Notes: generated by a model from the sequence alone, not told the origin. Shown: positions 15,838-30,065, counted from the first letter of the stretch. The stretch: DNA of 64,000 nucleotides from Tubiluchus corallicola (GCA_030141605.1 JAQGDQ010000669.1:51726-115725), one strand, 5' to 3'. Numbers and translations are program-made.

Positions 15838-16783
15838 TTATGATAAATTCATAGTTTGGCCGTTGACTGAAAAACAAAACACGAGTTGGTAATTAATAAT
15901 TTTAATTGTCACGAAAATGGCTAATTTACCCTTAACGAATTAAGCCTACTTACAACTTAGGTAACAGAGAAGTAAATAAACCCATGCAAATAGAGGGGAA
16001 ACAATGTATTTATTCTTTAATAAAAAGACTTATAATAATAATATCTTGAAATTATATAGTTCCGAGCTCATACTTATATCGTCTAACATTAATTGTTTGG
16101 CAAATAGCTCCGCAAAAGTAAAGAAGTTGAAAAAAGGAGCCGATTATAACTAGTATTGCCATTGGTCGAAATGTAGATATCGTTGCTTTTGGCCAAATTC
16201 ACATTTCTTCTTTTCGTCTCTCCCTCATATCAGACTTCCTCTGTGTACAAAAAAAAACATGAATCGTTTTTGATGTTTCAAGTTTAAGCGTTTAGAACTA
16301 TTCCATGTTGCCAAAGTCATTACTTGACACATGTTCGTGCCATGGACACGTGTTTCCGATGAGTTCCTCAAGTTTATTTATTGCTGTTGTCTTGCCAGTA
16401 TGCGAGGGTGGTTCCAGGGTAAGGGTGTTAAATAATGTGAAAGGCATCGCCATGTCTGCTACAGTAGTGGGAGACCTTCAGAACTACTTTCATCGTGTGT
16501 GTTTCAACACGACTTAAAGAGAACGAAAAGAGAATTTAAAAATACATCTGAAAACCTTTGCTTACGAAGCTATATTACTTAACAACACGCTTGCTTGCTC
16601 AAAACACTTCTGTGACTAGAAAAGAAAATTCTTAATAATTTAAAATGCTTGAGCCAAATGTAAAGCATCATTTTATGCTATCTTTCTTTCATTCTATCTT
16701 AGTGTACCGACTATCTGGCTGGCTTCACCAAAAAAGAACACATGGTTAAAGTTTGCAACTCCAAAGAATTTGGTTTGTGAAGC

Positions 16784-17190
16784 GGATTAGGGTTAGGATT
16801 AGAGTTAGGGTTAGGGTTAGGGTAAGGATTAGCGTTAGGGTTAGGATTAGAGTTAGGGTTAGGGTTAGGGTTAGGATTAGCGTTAGGGGTAGGATTAGAG
16901 ATAGGGTTAGGATCAGGTTTAGGGTTAGGATTAGAGTTAGTGTTAGGATTAGAGATAGGGTTAGGATCAGGTTTAGGGTTAGGATTAGAGTTAGGGTTAG
17001 GAATAGAGATAGGGTTAGGATCAGGTTAGGGTTAGGATTAAAGACAGGGTTAGGGTTAGGGTTAGGATTAGCGTTAGGGTTAGGATTAGAGATAGGGTTA
17101 GTTTTAGGGTTAGGATTAGCGTTAGGGTTAGGATTAGAGTTAGGGTTAGGATCAGGGTTAGGGTTGGGTTAGGGTAAGGGTTAGGGTTAG
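16784..17190 (+). repeat. Interstitial telomere-like hexamer array (TTAGGG and variants)
   Basis: TTAGGG, TTAGGA, TTAGAG, TTAGCG and ATAGGG hexamers over ~400 bp. Confidence 0.9.
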
Positions 17191-17341
17191 TGTCATAATG
17201 TCATAATGGCTGCGTTTAACTACTGTCATAATAACTGTCACTGTGGAAGTTTTATAAGTTTTGTACAGCGTTACTACTAACGCGAGCTCTGAATTCAGTA
17301 AAACAGGACGTAAGTGATACAAAATTTCAAGATGATTTTAA

Positions 17342-17973
17342 AGCACAAAAACTCTCCACTTACATAAAGTTTAAAACATTCGTCTTGAAATTTTATACGG
17401 CCTTCTTGCTTGCAAATAATGCGTCGGCAGTAATGCTGTATATAACATGTAAATTTAAACTCCCGCGATGGCCGTTAGAAGCAGCCATTTTGAGGATAAA
17501 TTTGAAACAAGTTTAAATAAGATTGAGTAAAGTTTGAAAAAATAATCAGAGCATTCGTAGCGCACACGTCTCTAACTAAACAAAATCTTAAATTACCATA
17601 TCTTGTTAATAAGATTAAAAATACGTTTTTTAGTTAGTGAGTGGTGCACCCTGGAGGGGGAGCCAGCGACATTTTACCAATTGGTCAAAGCGTTTTGAAT
17701 AATTAATAATTATCTTCTCTAGTTACATAAGTCTTTCAGGTAGGTAAGCGAAATGCTACATATTATAACTTTGCATGGAAAGTTTTTTTGGGGATATCAT
17801 TGCCTTTCCTTTCTCCATTTCGTTACGTAATGTCGCGGTCTTTAGAGCGTTGCAGGAAATTTAAAATGAAAACAAAAAAAATCCTTTAAATCTTTTCAGC
17901 TTTCAACAACGTAAAATTGCTATAAAGTAATATAAGTTCTTAATGCGATTTTTCTGGAACCCTTTCTTGTCTT
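17342..17973 (+). mobile_element. Family A Kolobok-like element, near full length
   Basis: TTAA flanks, AGCACAAAAA..TTTCTTGTCTT termini, shared body (CTCCCGCGATG..GCAGCCATTTT..GTGGTGCACCCTGGAGG). Confidence 0.8.
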
Positions 17974-18357
17974 TTAACGTTTATTTATGAAGAGTGCTTT
18001 TTTCGTTTGAGATTTTTAATTTTTATATGACTCTAAAAGGTTTCTCATAATGAAAATTTCTTTGGGTGGTGTTAACATAAACATTACTATTTATTAAGCA
18101 AGAATGGAGGCAATAAAGAAGACCTATCGTCAATAATTCTTTTGTAATTTCCCTAAATTTTACTAAACTAAGAGAACATGTAAATTTATTAAAGGAAGTA
18201 GAAACTTTGTGAGAGATTTAGAAGACTTTGCTTGTGTTGAAATCACAGTGATGTGCAATGATAGCGAAAACAATGATATCTTGCGATGTAATTGTTACCT
18301 GCCTGGCTTTTTTGTAAACTGTGGTGAACTAGGTGGAGAGTTCTCCTACTTAAAAAA

Positions 18358-18870
18358 TTAAGTTTAGCTTAGTTTAAACTTTATTTATTTATAGTTGATT
18401 TACAAAACAGACGGCGTCTGGCACAGGCGTCTCCACGGCCCAAGTGCTGAGTTTCAAAGTGCTAATAAAAGAATAATGGACATCTCAATTTATAATCATC
18501 ACACTCAATTTAATAAAACAATTGACTCAAGTACAATCAGCAGATGGTGATTAAACTTACAAACATGAACAGTATAAACACAATATCTTAATAACAATAA
18601 TAATAGTAAAAATACATTTACAAAGTACATTTGGCTGATTAATCATTTAACAATAAATTCTATTGTACTGTAAAACGAAGGTTGATTTACTAAACTGCTG
18701 TAATAAACAATGGATAATGAAGCAAGATGGGTGACCAATTTTGAATTTTTCGAATATGTTTCTGTATAATACCACAGGATTATAATTTTGTAAGGATTCG
18801 CGTGTTACATTTTGATGGTCGAGTAGGTCGTCTAATAATGCAGCTCTAATATACATAGAATCGGAGCTCC
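18358..18870 (-). mobile_element. Same LINE family 3' end, opposite orientation
   Basis: Reverse-complement match to ~14500-14818 (CAGCACTTG..CCTGTGCCAGACG..TTTTGTAAATC..AATAAAGTTTAAACT). Confidence 0.65.
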
Positions 18871-18886
18871 TTGTCACAGATCGAAG

Positions 18887-19300
18887 GTGACCACTAATTT
18901 CCCCAGGGAGAAGAACATCGCCGTACTTGAATGCCCTGGAAACAGCCCGGACCTCAATCCGATAGAGAATCTCTATGAGATACTGAAGGATAAGGTGGAA
19001 GACAGGCAGCCATCAAGTGCTGAAGACTTGCGAAGAGTTATCAAGGACGTTTGGGTTAAAGAAATTACTTCCGAGTACTGCCAAAACCTAATTTCCAGTA
19101 TGCCTCTTAGAATGCAGCCAGTGATTGACAACTTCGGCTGCCATACAAAGTACTAAAATGTTCAAGGACTGTGACTATTATTGGATAAAAACATACAAAC
19201 TATGCTGTAGTATATTTTTTAGATGGAACCATGTTAAACGATGGTTTTGTCAATTTTCAGGAAGAAGTCACTTTGGTCTTAAACTTTTGCAAATGATTGT
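18887..19300 (+). mobile_element. Tc1/mariner transposase C-terminal remnant and probable 3' end
   Basis: CPGNSPDLNPIENLY..ISSMPLRMQPVIDNFGCHTKY matches the Tc1 motifs WPxxSPDLNPIENLW and SMPxRxxxVIxxxGxxTKY; 5'-truncated. Confidence 0.85.
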
Positions 19301-21149
19301 AAATGCCGTTAATAACTAATCAATTATTGACAATTTCCGAATTGTTAACAGGTGATTCGGGCTACAATAAGCTAGTATTAGCTTTGCTTGAATTCTTGTA
19401 TTTACAGGGTAAGGACTAAAAACGTATAACCCCAGACAAGACCACTCAAGGTGTTGCTGGGTCTAGATGGACTATCATGTCTATTACTAGACATATTACT
19501 GATTTACTAACGATAGAAGGATCTGTTGCTGTTTTTTTAAATTCAGTAAGGATGTAGTTTTCAGGGAAATAATTTTTAGTACATAATTTTTGAGATTAGG
19601 TCCGAGGAAAAAATTGCATTTATAACTTTTTGGAATAATGTAATTTCTAACTGGAAACTAAGCCATTAAGAAAGATAAATATGCTAGTTATAGGTTAACG
19701 GTAGAACAATCCTGCAAATGTCTTTGAATTTTAGAACGAAATTTATCCGAAAGAAGATGACATATAATCTAGGTGGGTTTTGAACCAGGAACCCTGCACT
19801 TAGAAATCAAGCGTCTTGGTGATTAGAATATTTTGCATCAGCGATCGTGACAGGCCCTAACGTTATTCTTATAGCTTAACAACCAATTCAGAAATTCCTA
19901 AAATTAGTTTCATCGTGTAACCCAGAGTAACTAGAGTAACTAGAGTACTAGAGTAAGTCTAGTTGCTAACTAATTAGAGTTTTAATTTAGCGCTTGAGCT
20001 AATCCGTTGGCCAAAAGGAAAACCCACTTATTGATATCCACGCCGTGACATCTTTTCGTAGTTCTCTCCTTTCTGAGTACCCGTTGGTTTAAAATTCGCT
20101 AATGAATTACGTTAATTCTACGATTAATAATCATGTTGAAATTAAGATTGCGACTAATTACTTCATTAACTAAAAAGTGATTAATGATTGGGTCTCTGGC
20201 GTGTGAGGATTCAGAACCAAGTGATCTGTACTAAACTGAATTTCTCGTTGCTTTGAAAGTTTGACTATAAACCTGCGTTTAGTACTCTGGAATAATATAC
20301 AATACCCTCATGCCGTCTAGTATATGCGCTTCTTTCAACTCATTGTACTCAGTTTATCAACTATAAACGGATTAGTGAATATTTCGGCATTTAAGACCCT
20401 TGGAGTGCAGCGAGTGATGACAGCGCAGAGGACAGCGTTACCGTCCGCTGAATTGTCGGCACTTTTTACCTGTGTGTTGATTAGAAACACCGCTCTGCGC
20501 AGGTAATTCAGGTAAAGTTTTTACCTGTGTGTTGATTAGAATGCCGCTTCATACAGGTAACTCAGATTAAGTGTTGATAACCACTGGTTCTGTTTTTCGG
20601 CTGTTTTGTTAAACTGTTCAATTATTATAGTATTTATCATCTCAGTGGAAACTTACCTGGGGTGGATTCATTCCTCGTGGCGGTTCCAGATTTAGAATAG
20701 AGAATGAAGAGGACAAAAAGTAGTAGAACCACTACTCTCAGCTCCAGATATTCCTTTAGAAACGTGAAAGAACTCTTTAGAAATGATTTTTTCTTTGGTT
20801 TTCCACAAATGCTCTGCAATAACGACACTGTTCGAGCCCCATTTAGAAACTTGTTACCCATAAAATGTGTAAAAACTTTCAGCTTTTGATAAATTTAATA
20901 ATTTTGAATAGGTTTTTTGTGAACTATTCTTGGTTTGTTGTGCCGTGCAAAACACAATCTACGAAATCTCGCTTTTGAGAAAAATGCATTTGCAATGCTT
21001 CCCTCAAAATAATTATACAGTACAGTATGAAGGTGGAACTTCTGCACTCAATAAGCGTATTACTGAGTGATAATGTGCAACAGAGAAGCCAAGATACTCA
21101 TTTATAAATAAAATAAAAAAACTACAACCTACTGCTTTGCAGATAAAAC

Positions 21150-21603
21150 TTCGTAGCCCACAAGTCATTGACTAAATAAAATTTAAAATTACTGTATCTT
21201 CTCAATAAGATTAAAAATACGTTTTTGGTTACTGAGTGGTGCACCCTGGAGGGTGAGTCAGCGACATTTTACCAATTGGTGAAAACATTTTAAATAATTA
21301 TTAATTTTCTTTTCTAGTTACATAAGTCTTCCTAGCAGGTAAGCGAAAATCTAAGTAATATAGATTTGCACGGAAAGTCTTTTGAAACATAATTTAACAT
21401 AGCTTTCACTTCCCTTCATTTACGTTTGGTACATGACGTCATGTAATGGCGACTTCGGAACAGTATTGCGGGAGATCTAAAGTGAAAACAAACTAAAATT
21501 TCTTTCAGTGTGAGTAAGATATACGCATAAAATTGCTATAAAATAATACGATTTTTTAAGGCGATTTTTCTGAAACCACTTCAGGTACTCCTTTTCTTGA
21601 CCT
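21150..21603 (+). mobile_element. Family A Kolobok-like element, 5'-truncated, abutting family B at a shared TTAA
   Basis: Body homology; 3' end TTTTCTTGACCT-TTAA. Confidence 0.75.
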
Positions 21604-22244
21604 TTAAACTGTAGATCAAAACAATCTACTCTTTAAAATATTGGAAGGAAACATACTATTTTTCAAAAATGACTTACGTGAAAGAACTATTACCACACAA
21701 ACACCATTTCACGTTCGCGCTACTAGTTCTTCGCTGTCACATGCATTTCGCCATTCGCTAGTTAGAGACTTGTGCTAACGCCTGCATTTCGGAAACGCAT
21801 TGCACAAAAAACAGGTGCTGTACCACCCAGTTCAGATGTATTAGTTTGAGACGAAGTACACACGTTCGCAGCGCATGCGTGAGCACAGCGGTCATAGTCA
21901 TAGTCATTTATTTGTTTTAATCTGGTTTGCGGTAAACTTGAAATTTGAATTTTTATCTTAAAGCTTATCTAGTTCTAGTACAACACACTGACTATCTTAC
22001 AGTAGCATTGTACATAAATTTTCGCTTTCGCAAACACGTTTAACGCGATCGTGGAATATTTTTGCTGTTGCAAATTATATTAGTTAGTGATGTCTTCAAA
22101 AGTTGGGCTCGCCTGCTGTTAATTAGGTTTTTAAACTATTATTCAATTATCAGAAACGCTTTTGCAGTATTAATTGTGTTAAAATGTATACTTTTCATCG
22201 GACTTGAAAATGGGGTAGCGTATGAAAAATCATCCTGTCTTCCT
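21604..22244 (+). mobile_element. Family B TTAA-flanked non-autonomous element (Kolobok-like)
   Basis: Body CATGCATTTCG..TTCGCTAGTTAG..GCATTTCGGAAACGCATTGCAC; 3' end ATCATCCTGTCTTCCT-TTAA. Confidence 0.75.
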
Positions 22245-22635
22245 TTAAAATTGTATTAGCTGCTCTTTATTTTTGCCCGGCAGTATTGATAAACGAATCA
22301 GGAAACGAGTGACCGTGTAACAGTGTCACTGTCAACTATGACGCGTACTACCGAACGCCTTGAGAAAGCTTTGCTAAGAATTACAAACTACACAATTCAA
22401 GTTTTCAAAGCATTTCAGTAGTTAATTTCAACTAATTAACGAATTTTACACTAAATTCATTAAAATAATCTTAATGCAGGGAACACGTACATTTTCTGAA
22501 GGAAGTTGGCCTCTATAATAATTGTAAAAGTCTGTATGGATTTCATGATTTCTTCATACTGGGTCCACTGGTTAACACCTGCTTCAACATTACAGTCAGG
22601 GTCATTGGATCTTTTGGGCGAGTAGGGGCTACAGC

Positions 22636-23073
22636 CTAGGACCCCTCAAACTTTCGTAACATTTGCTCTGTTTTTTCACTACGGTTCTGTTGAAATATGT
22701 GCTAATCTGGTTTGCAATAAATAGTTATTAATGGTATTTCTTAAAGAATATTTTTATTTACAAACAAAAGATAGTTTATTCTAGTTTATTTAAAGATGTG
22801 TAATAAGTTTACTTCAAGCCACGTAAATATTACTAAAATATATCAGTCTTTCTTTCCTAGGACCCCTCAAACTTTCGCAACATTTGCTAAAAAAATCTGT
22901 CTTTTCACTACGGTTCTGTTGAAATATGTGCTAATCTGGTTTGCAATAAATAGTTATTAATGGTATTTCTTAAAGAATGTTTTTATCTACAAACAAAAGA
23001 TAGCTTATTCTAGTTTATTTAAAGATTTGTAATAAGTTTACTTCAAGCCACGTAAATATTGCTAAAATATATC
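22636..23073. repeat. ~220-bp tandem duplication
   Basis: CCTAGGACCCCTCAAACTTTCG.. at 22636 and 22856; both copies end GCCACGTAAATATT.CTAAAATATATCA. Confidence 0.9.
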
Positions 23074-25056
23074 ATGAGTAAAAGTATTCCAGACATATGG
23101 GGGAGAATTAGAGGGTGGCTTCCATATAAGGCGCCCCATAATTTCATTACCCTAGGAGTTTCCTGCATGTCATCCCAACCCCCACCCCCGGACTGCGATG
23201 TCTATTTTTCCACAATATTTGTCATTGCAGTGGGTGCTGACTTTTAAATTCCAGCGCTCAAGATTCATAATTGGTAAAGTAAAACTTCTACGTAAAAAAT
23301 TAATTTAATTTATTTCACGTACAAACAATAAAAACAAGCGTTTATAAAAACAACAAATGTTTGCATAAAAAATCATGATGTGAAAAAGGCTTTTGTCAAC
23401 ATACGTAGCAACATAAACCAAACTCCTTTAAGTGGCACAAACACTTTATTATTGACTGTCTTTTCGGTACACTACGTTGTGACTAATAGATTAAAACTGT
23501 AAAAGCTCAAATCAGTTGAAACTGGTTAACCTTGGGTAATGCATATCAGAAACCAGTCAGGTGAGAAAATGATTCACTGTAGTCTAACTTGTTGTAAATT
23601 TGTAATGTTGCTAAAGTTGATAAAGTTCATAAACAAACTCGTGACTCAGTTCACGACACATGAAATCAATGATGGGGTAGACGCTCAGAGGCAAAATTAC
23701 CTATTTATAAGCGCCTACCAAAAAGTAAAAATCTATTTAAGTCCACATCATGTAATCTAGTTTGAAAAATTTTGTGATCTGCGCTGTTACAAGCGGAAAT
23801 CTTTTTACAATGTGCAGGTTAGCTATTCCAGACGGGGACATCCCTGTTTGAGCAAAAGTCGCCAAAAGCTTTTTCCTCGGTGGATCTTACAAAGAGTTTG
23901 AGCGAATGGTTACTTTTAGTTTTGTTGACAATTGCTTTAGTAAAAAATTGTCAAAATCTAGATACAGTTCTTTATGAACAGTAAATCAGAAGTCATTTAT
24001 TTCACATTACACATTTACAATAGTTTCATGTACAATATCTAGTGAAAGGGCCTACAATGGACATAATACAAATAAGAAATACTGCACAGGAAAAGCCTCA
24101 AACACTGTTCACTTATACACGAAGGTAAATGTGTTGCGGGCAATCAAAAAGCAAGGCTTTTGTTAGATTGTCCCACACAGTGAAAGAAAAAAAGTAATAG
24201 AGATAATCTGAAAATTTAAAGTGAATCGTGTGATAAAAAAAAAATTAGTGCTTAAAATGGAATGATGTAATGAATGAAGCTCATATATGGGATGATATAA
24301 AAGATAGAAAGACTATTTGTTGTTAATAGTACGTAAAATTAAAATAACAATGTTATCACATAAGGCTAAAGATATTTATTTATCGTTCAAGAGAGTTTAT
24401 TTACAGTCGAAGGATGTAGTATGTACCAACCACAACCTTCTGTTCTCCACGATGTCGGAAGAGCTAATAATTCACAATTTCAACGCAGCTAGTTTGTCTA
24501 CAAGTGTTGCTCATTTAGAGGCTGTCATTAAGATTTCGGTTAGTGCCCGTTAAAGCAGTGGGATTAACTGCAAACGACTGCACGGCTTCCCGTGTGACTA
24601 ACCCAACACTGGGCGCATCCATTATTCACTGCAGGGGGTGAGGTAATAAAGTCTTTTGATTACACCGAGGTTAAATGCTGCATAAATACTTAATATACGC
24701 ATTTTTACGCTTTTGTGAATCATCTACGTATGAGGGTACGTGTGCAGAAGTTTTTAGCTCGAATCCAAGCTTCGCTATTTATTTTTGCTGGTACATGCAG
24801 AGTGAAGTAATTATGAAGAGTTATGATCTAATTGTTTTCTATTTACGTGTGAACGAAAGTTTGTGCGCATGCGTATGAAGTTGAATTCCTACTGAGTTAC
24901 AAATCCTATACTCGCTCATTCTGTTATTATTATTATTATTATAAATAATTGCTAAAATTTCTTATAATAAGCAAGTCTGTGGTACATATATTAAGGACAT
25001 AATTGTAATTGACCGCGTTGTATAAATACTGTTATATCATGATATCTCAAATAGAG

Positions 25057-25230
25057 AGCAGACGGTTTAGCCTACTGCTAACGCATCCGCTCTCCGTCTG
25101 GTAGGTCATGAGTTCAATACAGCTCCCGGGCACTCCAAAAACTTTAAAAATCGTACCTGCTTTTGCCCTGTCTAACGCATAGTATTTAGTGTAAAAGTGG
25201 GGTAGTAATAGTAATAAAGAGGGTTAAGGT
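25057..25230 (+). mobile_element. tRNA-derived SINE, degenerate
   Basis: A/B-box-like TAGCCTACTG..AGTTCAATAC followed by body ACTTTAAAAATCGTACCTGC, similar to the 32.3-kb copy. Confidence 0.55.
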
Positions 25231-25957
25231 TAGTGTTATTGCGTTCAAATCGCGTAGGGAATTGTAAACTGCTACCTAATTAATATGACACAATAAAGAA
25301 ATCTTTATTGAACGTAAATGGCCACACTGTAAACCAGATAGTGAAAAACTAATGTTATATTGCAATAGAGCCAGATAGCAAAGGTTATTTTTCTTGATTA
25401 CAGAAATCTATTTGCTTTATTAACAGTATCTTGTAAATTACTAACTATATTTCATCAATTTGAATTGCTTTTTAGCTTTTATGTGTCCGATTTATTCAAC
25501 AAGCATAATGAAACAAAAACAGCTGGTATTTCCTTTAAATAGAAGAAATTCTCACGAAGAGGTGACAAGCTTTTTTCTATGTGCAGTTTTTGATCATAGG
25601 TACAAAAATAGTTTCATTGATTTTGAAACAGATAGATAGATAACATTAAAAAGCTCTGAACTTCTCTTGTTATCAATGCTAATTATATAGCTTGGATCTA
25701 AATCTTGAAAGCAAAACATTTAATTGTTTATTGTGTATAAGAACAATAGAATTATTTGACTGAAGCCAGGTTGTTGGTGTTAACTCTTTCCCCCTGGATG
25801 GCTTCGCCACTGCTTGCTCATGGCCATCCAACATGTTGCTGCAAATAACTTACGTGTTTTAACAGAATCTGTTTTTATAAAACACGTAGTTAAAATGTTG
25901 TTAAGAAGAAGCAAGAACAGCTCTTTATTAATCTACACTTTGCCATTTCTTTCTCCA

Positions 25958-26245
<288 letters not shown>

Positions 26246-27776
26246 TCCTCTCTCTCACTCCGCAAATGGAGGGATTTGTATTTATTTTATTTTGAAGTAA
26301 ATGAGATTTACTAATAATCTCTCTCACTCCCTCTTTCTCTCTTTTAGTCTGTCTCTCCCTCTCCTCCTCCCTCTCTCTCCCTCTCTTTCTCTCTCTTTCT
26401 CTCTCTTTCACAAGTGTAATTTAGCTCATTGTATGTAATAATATAATGTAGAAATAAGGTCTTTTTATCAAGAAAAATACTTTTTATCAAGGGCATACCA
26501 TGATTTCAGACAACAAAGACGATGAAGACATCAAAAAACAAGCTGTTCTGTTTCTTTCTACGACAAACAAATTGCTAAATGAATATAAAAACTGTAGTGA
26601 TGATGTAAATAATATTTGGTAAGCACCCCACTGCATCAATTATTACGGTATAGCTACTTGGAGAAACTGGATCTGTATTATATAAAAATGATTAAACGTA
26701 GCACCCAATATATTACGTATTTTTTGTCAAAAACCTATGTACCGATTTTAGTGCAAGACGATTACGTATCTCCTGCAATTTGAAGAACTTTGATTTTATT
26801 AGTACAAAATGTGTGTTTAGCTTGTATGCACATTTGTAAAACAGCTATGTAACTGTGATATCAGGTAAACGGCAACTGTAGTCGCTAAATGGCGATCCAG
26901 CTTATGCACGTGATTATTATTTTAGTTTAGTCGAGGTAACAATAATATTTGGAACTAGGTTCTAGATGGCTTAGCCTGTTTTTGTGTATGTTTGTCAATA
27001 GTCTTTATAATTTGCATGTGACTGTATACACTTATGTAACTGTAATTACTTTGAGCGTGAAATCAAAAGCTAAATTTAAAAATTCTCTCTCTCTCTCTTT
27101 CTCCCTTTTTCTCTCTTTTTCTCCTCTCTCTCTCCCCCTCTCTCTCCTGCCCTCTCTCTCCAACTCTCTTCCCTTTCTCTGAGGGTATACTTACTCAACA
27201 AAGGACATTAATGGAACTGAAGCAAGGTTAAAGAAGCCTGTTAAATATTGATACATTGCAACGCTTTAGTAGCTATTGTGTAAGCTAGCATTTTAAGAAG
27301 TGTTGTTGTGCCGCAGAACTTTAATTTGGCTTCAAAAACGGCAGGAAATGGAGTCTGTTTCTTTAAGGTCACTTTTTTCTTAAGTGTCGTTCCGGCAAGA
27401 CAATTTTATTTTTTTAGAAAAACCAGTTTACACAAACATTTTCCAATTTAAGCGACTGTCTTATAGGCTATGCCGATAAATTTACTGTGGCAGAATCTAT
27501 TCCACAATGCCATATTAGTCTTGATTTACGAGACGTTCAATTGTCTCTTTTTGTCTGATTTGTTAGTTTATCGGAAAATTTATGCCACTCTGCAATTGTG
27601 GCTTGAGTTGTTCGTGTGAACTTTTTCCTTGAGATTTTTTACATTTCTCACCCGTGTATGTAACTCTGCTAGGAGCAATGGGCCTAATACATAGGGGGCT
27701 TTATGCAAAAATACAGTTATGCAGTACTGTTAAATTTATCCTTTTGTCTGTAAAATGAATGTTTAAGCAAATTAGA

Positions 27777-27778
<2 letters not shown>

Positions 27779-27832
<54 letters not shown>

Positions 27833-28080
27833 CGATCTACCTCCTTCCCTCCCTCCCTCTCTCTCCCTCCCCCTTTCTCCCTTTCCTTTCTCATCACCCT
27901 CTCTACTTCCATTTCGTTTTTCGTACCTCTCTATCTCTATCTCTCTCTCTCTCTCTCGATCTACCCCCTTCCCTCCCTCCCTCTCTCTCCCTCTCTCTCT
28001 CTCCCCCTTTCTCCCTTTCCTTTCTCACCACGCTCTCTACCTCCATTTCATTTTTTGTACCCCCTCTCTCTGTCTCTCTG

Positions 28081-28130
<50 letters not shown>
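27779..28130. repeat. CT-rich low-complexity tract
   Basis: (CT)n ends around a duplicated CTCGATCTACC..CCTTTCTCA unit. Confidence 0.9.
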
Positions 28131-28132
<2 letters not shown>

Positions 28133-28640
28133 ATTGTGTCTGTTTCTTAACTAGAAAACTAGAATGTTTTAATAAACACCCAAGTCTACACTCCGCGCCA
28201 CAGACGCGGTTGATGGCGTACTTCTCAAAGAAGGCTATTGGCAACAAATTTCCAACAAGTCAAACAAATGTTTGAATAGCTTTGTTAAGACCAGTCAGCT
28301 CAATTATGCAGGCTAGCCAGCACCCACTGTTTGGTTTATTGACAGGAGGGTTTATAGCTTAAATTCACCAACTCTTCAACTGACTTTAAGAGACTCTTCA
28401 CTAGGCACTAATAGGTATCTCTTTTTGTTGACAGAGAGGTACAGCAGGTGAAAAGGACTATCAACATTCAGAGCAAGAAAGGGACCAAGATTTAAAAAGT
28501 ATTTCAAAAAAGACACCAAGATATGAAAATATTGTTTTAAAAAACTTTCTTGGTCAGCTGGAACTGCATAAAAAAGGACAATTCTTACTAGATACGCTTC
28601 AGTTATTCCTACAACTAAATGAACAAGTTTTCATAGTTAA

Positions 28641-28930
28641 AGGAAAACAGGGTGATTTTTCATCTCCTACCCTATTTTGAAGTACGGTAAAAAGTATACA
28701 TTTTTAACACCTGTAGTAACACCAAACGTTTTCTAATAATAAAATAATGTATAAAACACTCAACTAACGAATGGCGATTACAGCAAAGAACTAGAAGTGA
28801 GGAGACGAAATTACATTTGTGTGGTAATAATTCTTTAAGTCATTCTTGCAAAAAATAGCATGCTGCTTTTAAATATTTTATAGAGTAGATTGTTTTGACA
28901 AAAAGTTTAATATTGGGTTTGATTTTTTTA
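28641..28930 (-). mobile_element. Family B element, internally deleted and diverged
   Basis: TTAA-AGGAAAACAGGGTGATTTTTCAT start; other end GAGTAGATTGTTTTGAC..ATTGGGT. Confidence 0.65.
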
Positions 28931-28949
28931 AATAGAATAGCAGATCACC

Positions 28950-29605
28950 GGTCTGATTTATATACAAGAATTTCTGAACTTCGCAACAATAAACTGTTTG
29001 GTAGTGTCAGTCTCAGGTCAATAATAAATGTCAGGTTAATGGTCATTCTTTGAAATCATCTCAATACACGTAAATATTCTGCCACCTCTTTAAGAAACTC
29101 CATGAAAATCCCGATATTAGAAGCCCACAGAGATTATCAAACTCTCATGTTTCTCTATAAATATATCAACAATATTAATGCTCCCACTTCTTAAAAACCC
29201 CAGTATGAATAACAGAACACTAAATTTAAGAAACATTAGAACGAACCATCAATATGGAAAGAATTCCATTACTAAGCAAGCAATACAACTTTGAGATTCA
29301 TTACCGACATCACTAAAACACAGCAGCTCTTTATCAATATTCAAGTCTAAATTAAAAAGACATTTAATGACTCGTTTTGAATATCCGACATACGAACACG
29401 ATGATACTTATTCAAATCATAATTTCATTTTTCCTAGACCTTACCAAACTAGTTTATATTTTATTTTTGAATTTCTAGTTGCACTTATAGTTTAGCTTGC
29501 ACCAGACGCATTTGCCCAGAACAGTGTATGTTTTTATATGAACTAACACTGATTGTCTGTCTTTCAATATGATGGTCAATGTTTTTAAAATGGCAAATAA
29601 GGATT
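28950..29605 (+). mobile_element. Decayed L2/CR1-type LINE 3' end followed by a (TAC)n tail
   Basis: Remnant AIQL*DSLPTSLKHSSSLSIFKSKLKRHL resembles the typical WNxLP..S..FKxxLK LINE terminus. Confidence 0.55.
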
Positions 29606-29606
29606 T

Positions 29607-29644
29607 TACTACTACTACTACTGCTACTGCTACTGCTACTACTG

Positions 29645-29700
<56 letters not shown>

Positions 29701-29728
29701 GCTATTGCTACTGCTACTGCTGCTACTG

Positions 29729-29817
<89 letters not shown>

Positions 29818-29818
29818 G

Positions 29819-29854
<36 letters not shown>
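29607..29854. repeat. (TAC/TGC)n microsatellite
   Basis: Directly visible. Confidence 0.95.
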
Positions 29855-30065
29855 GGTGATAAGTAAGTTGATTGTTAAATACATGCGTTCGGTATCTTCT
29901 TGTACCATTATCAAGTGCCTAAAATTTAAAGAGAATTTTATCATCAACCTTAACTAAACTTTTTATCGTGTGAAATGAATTTAATTAAATTATGGATCTG
30001 ATAAGTATTGAGAAGTTCAGTTAGTGTTGCTAATAACTGCTAACTAGTTTTAAAATTAGTCGATG

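Noticed and set aside
16300-16455. Minus-strand short frame with HTGKTT (Walker A-like)
   Set aside because: Lacks the first Gly of GxxxxGK; short frame with no further helicase motifs.
20650-20660. U1 snRNA 5' end (ACTTACCTGG)
   Set aside because: Downstream sequence does not resemble U1 stem-loops or an Sm site.
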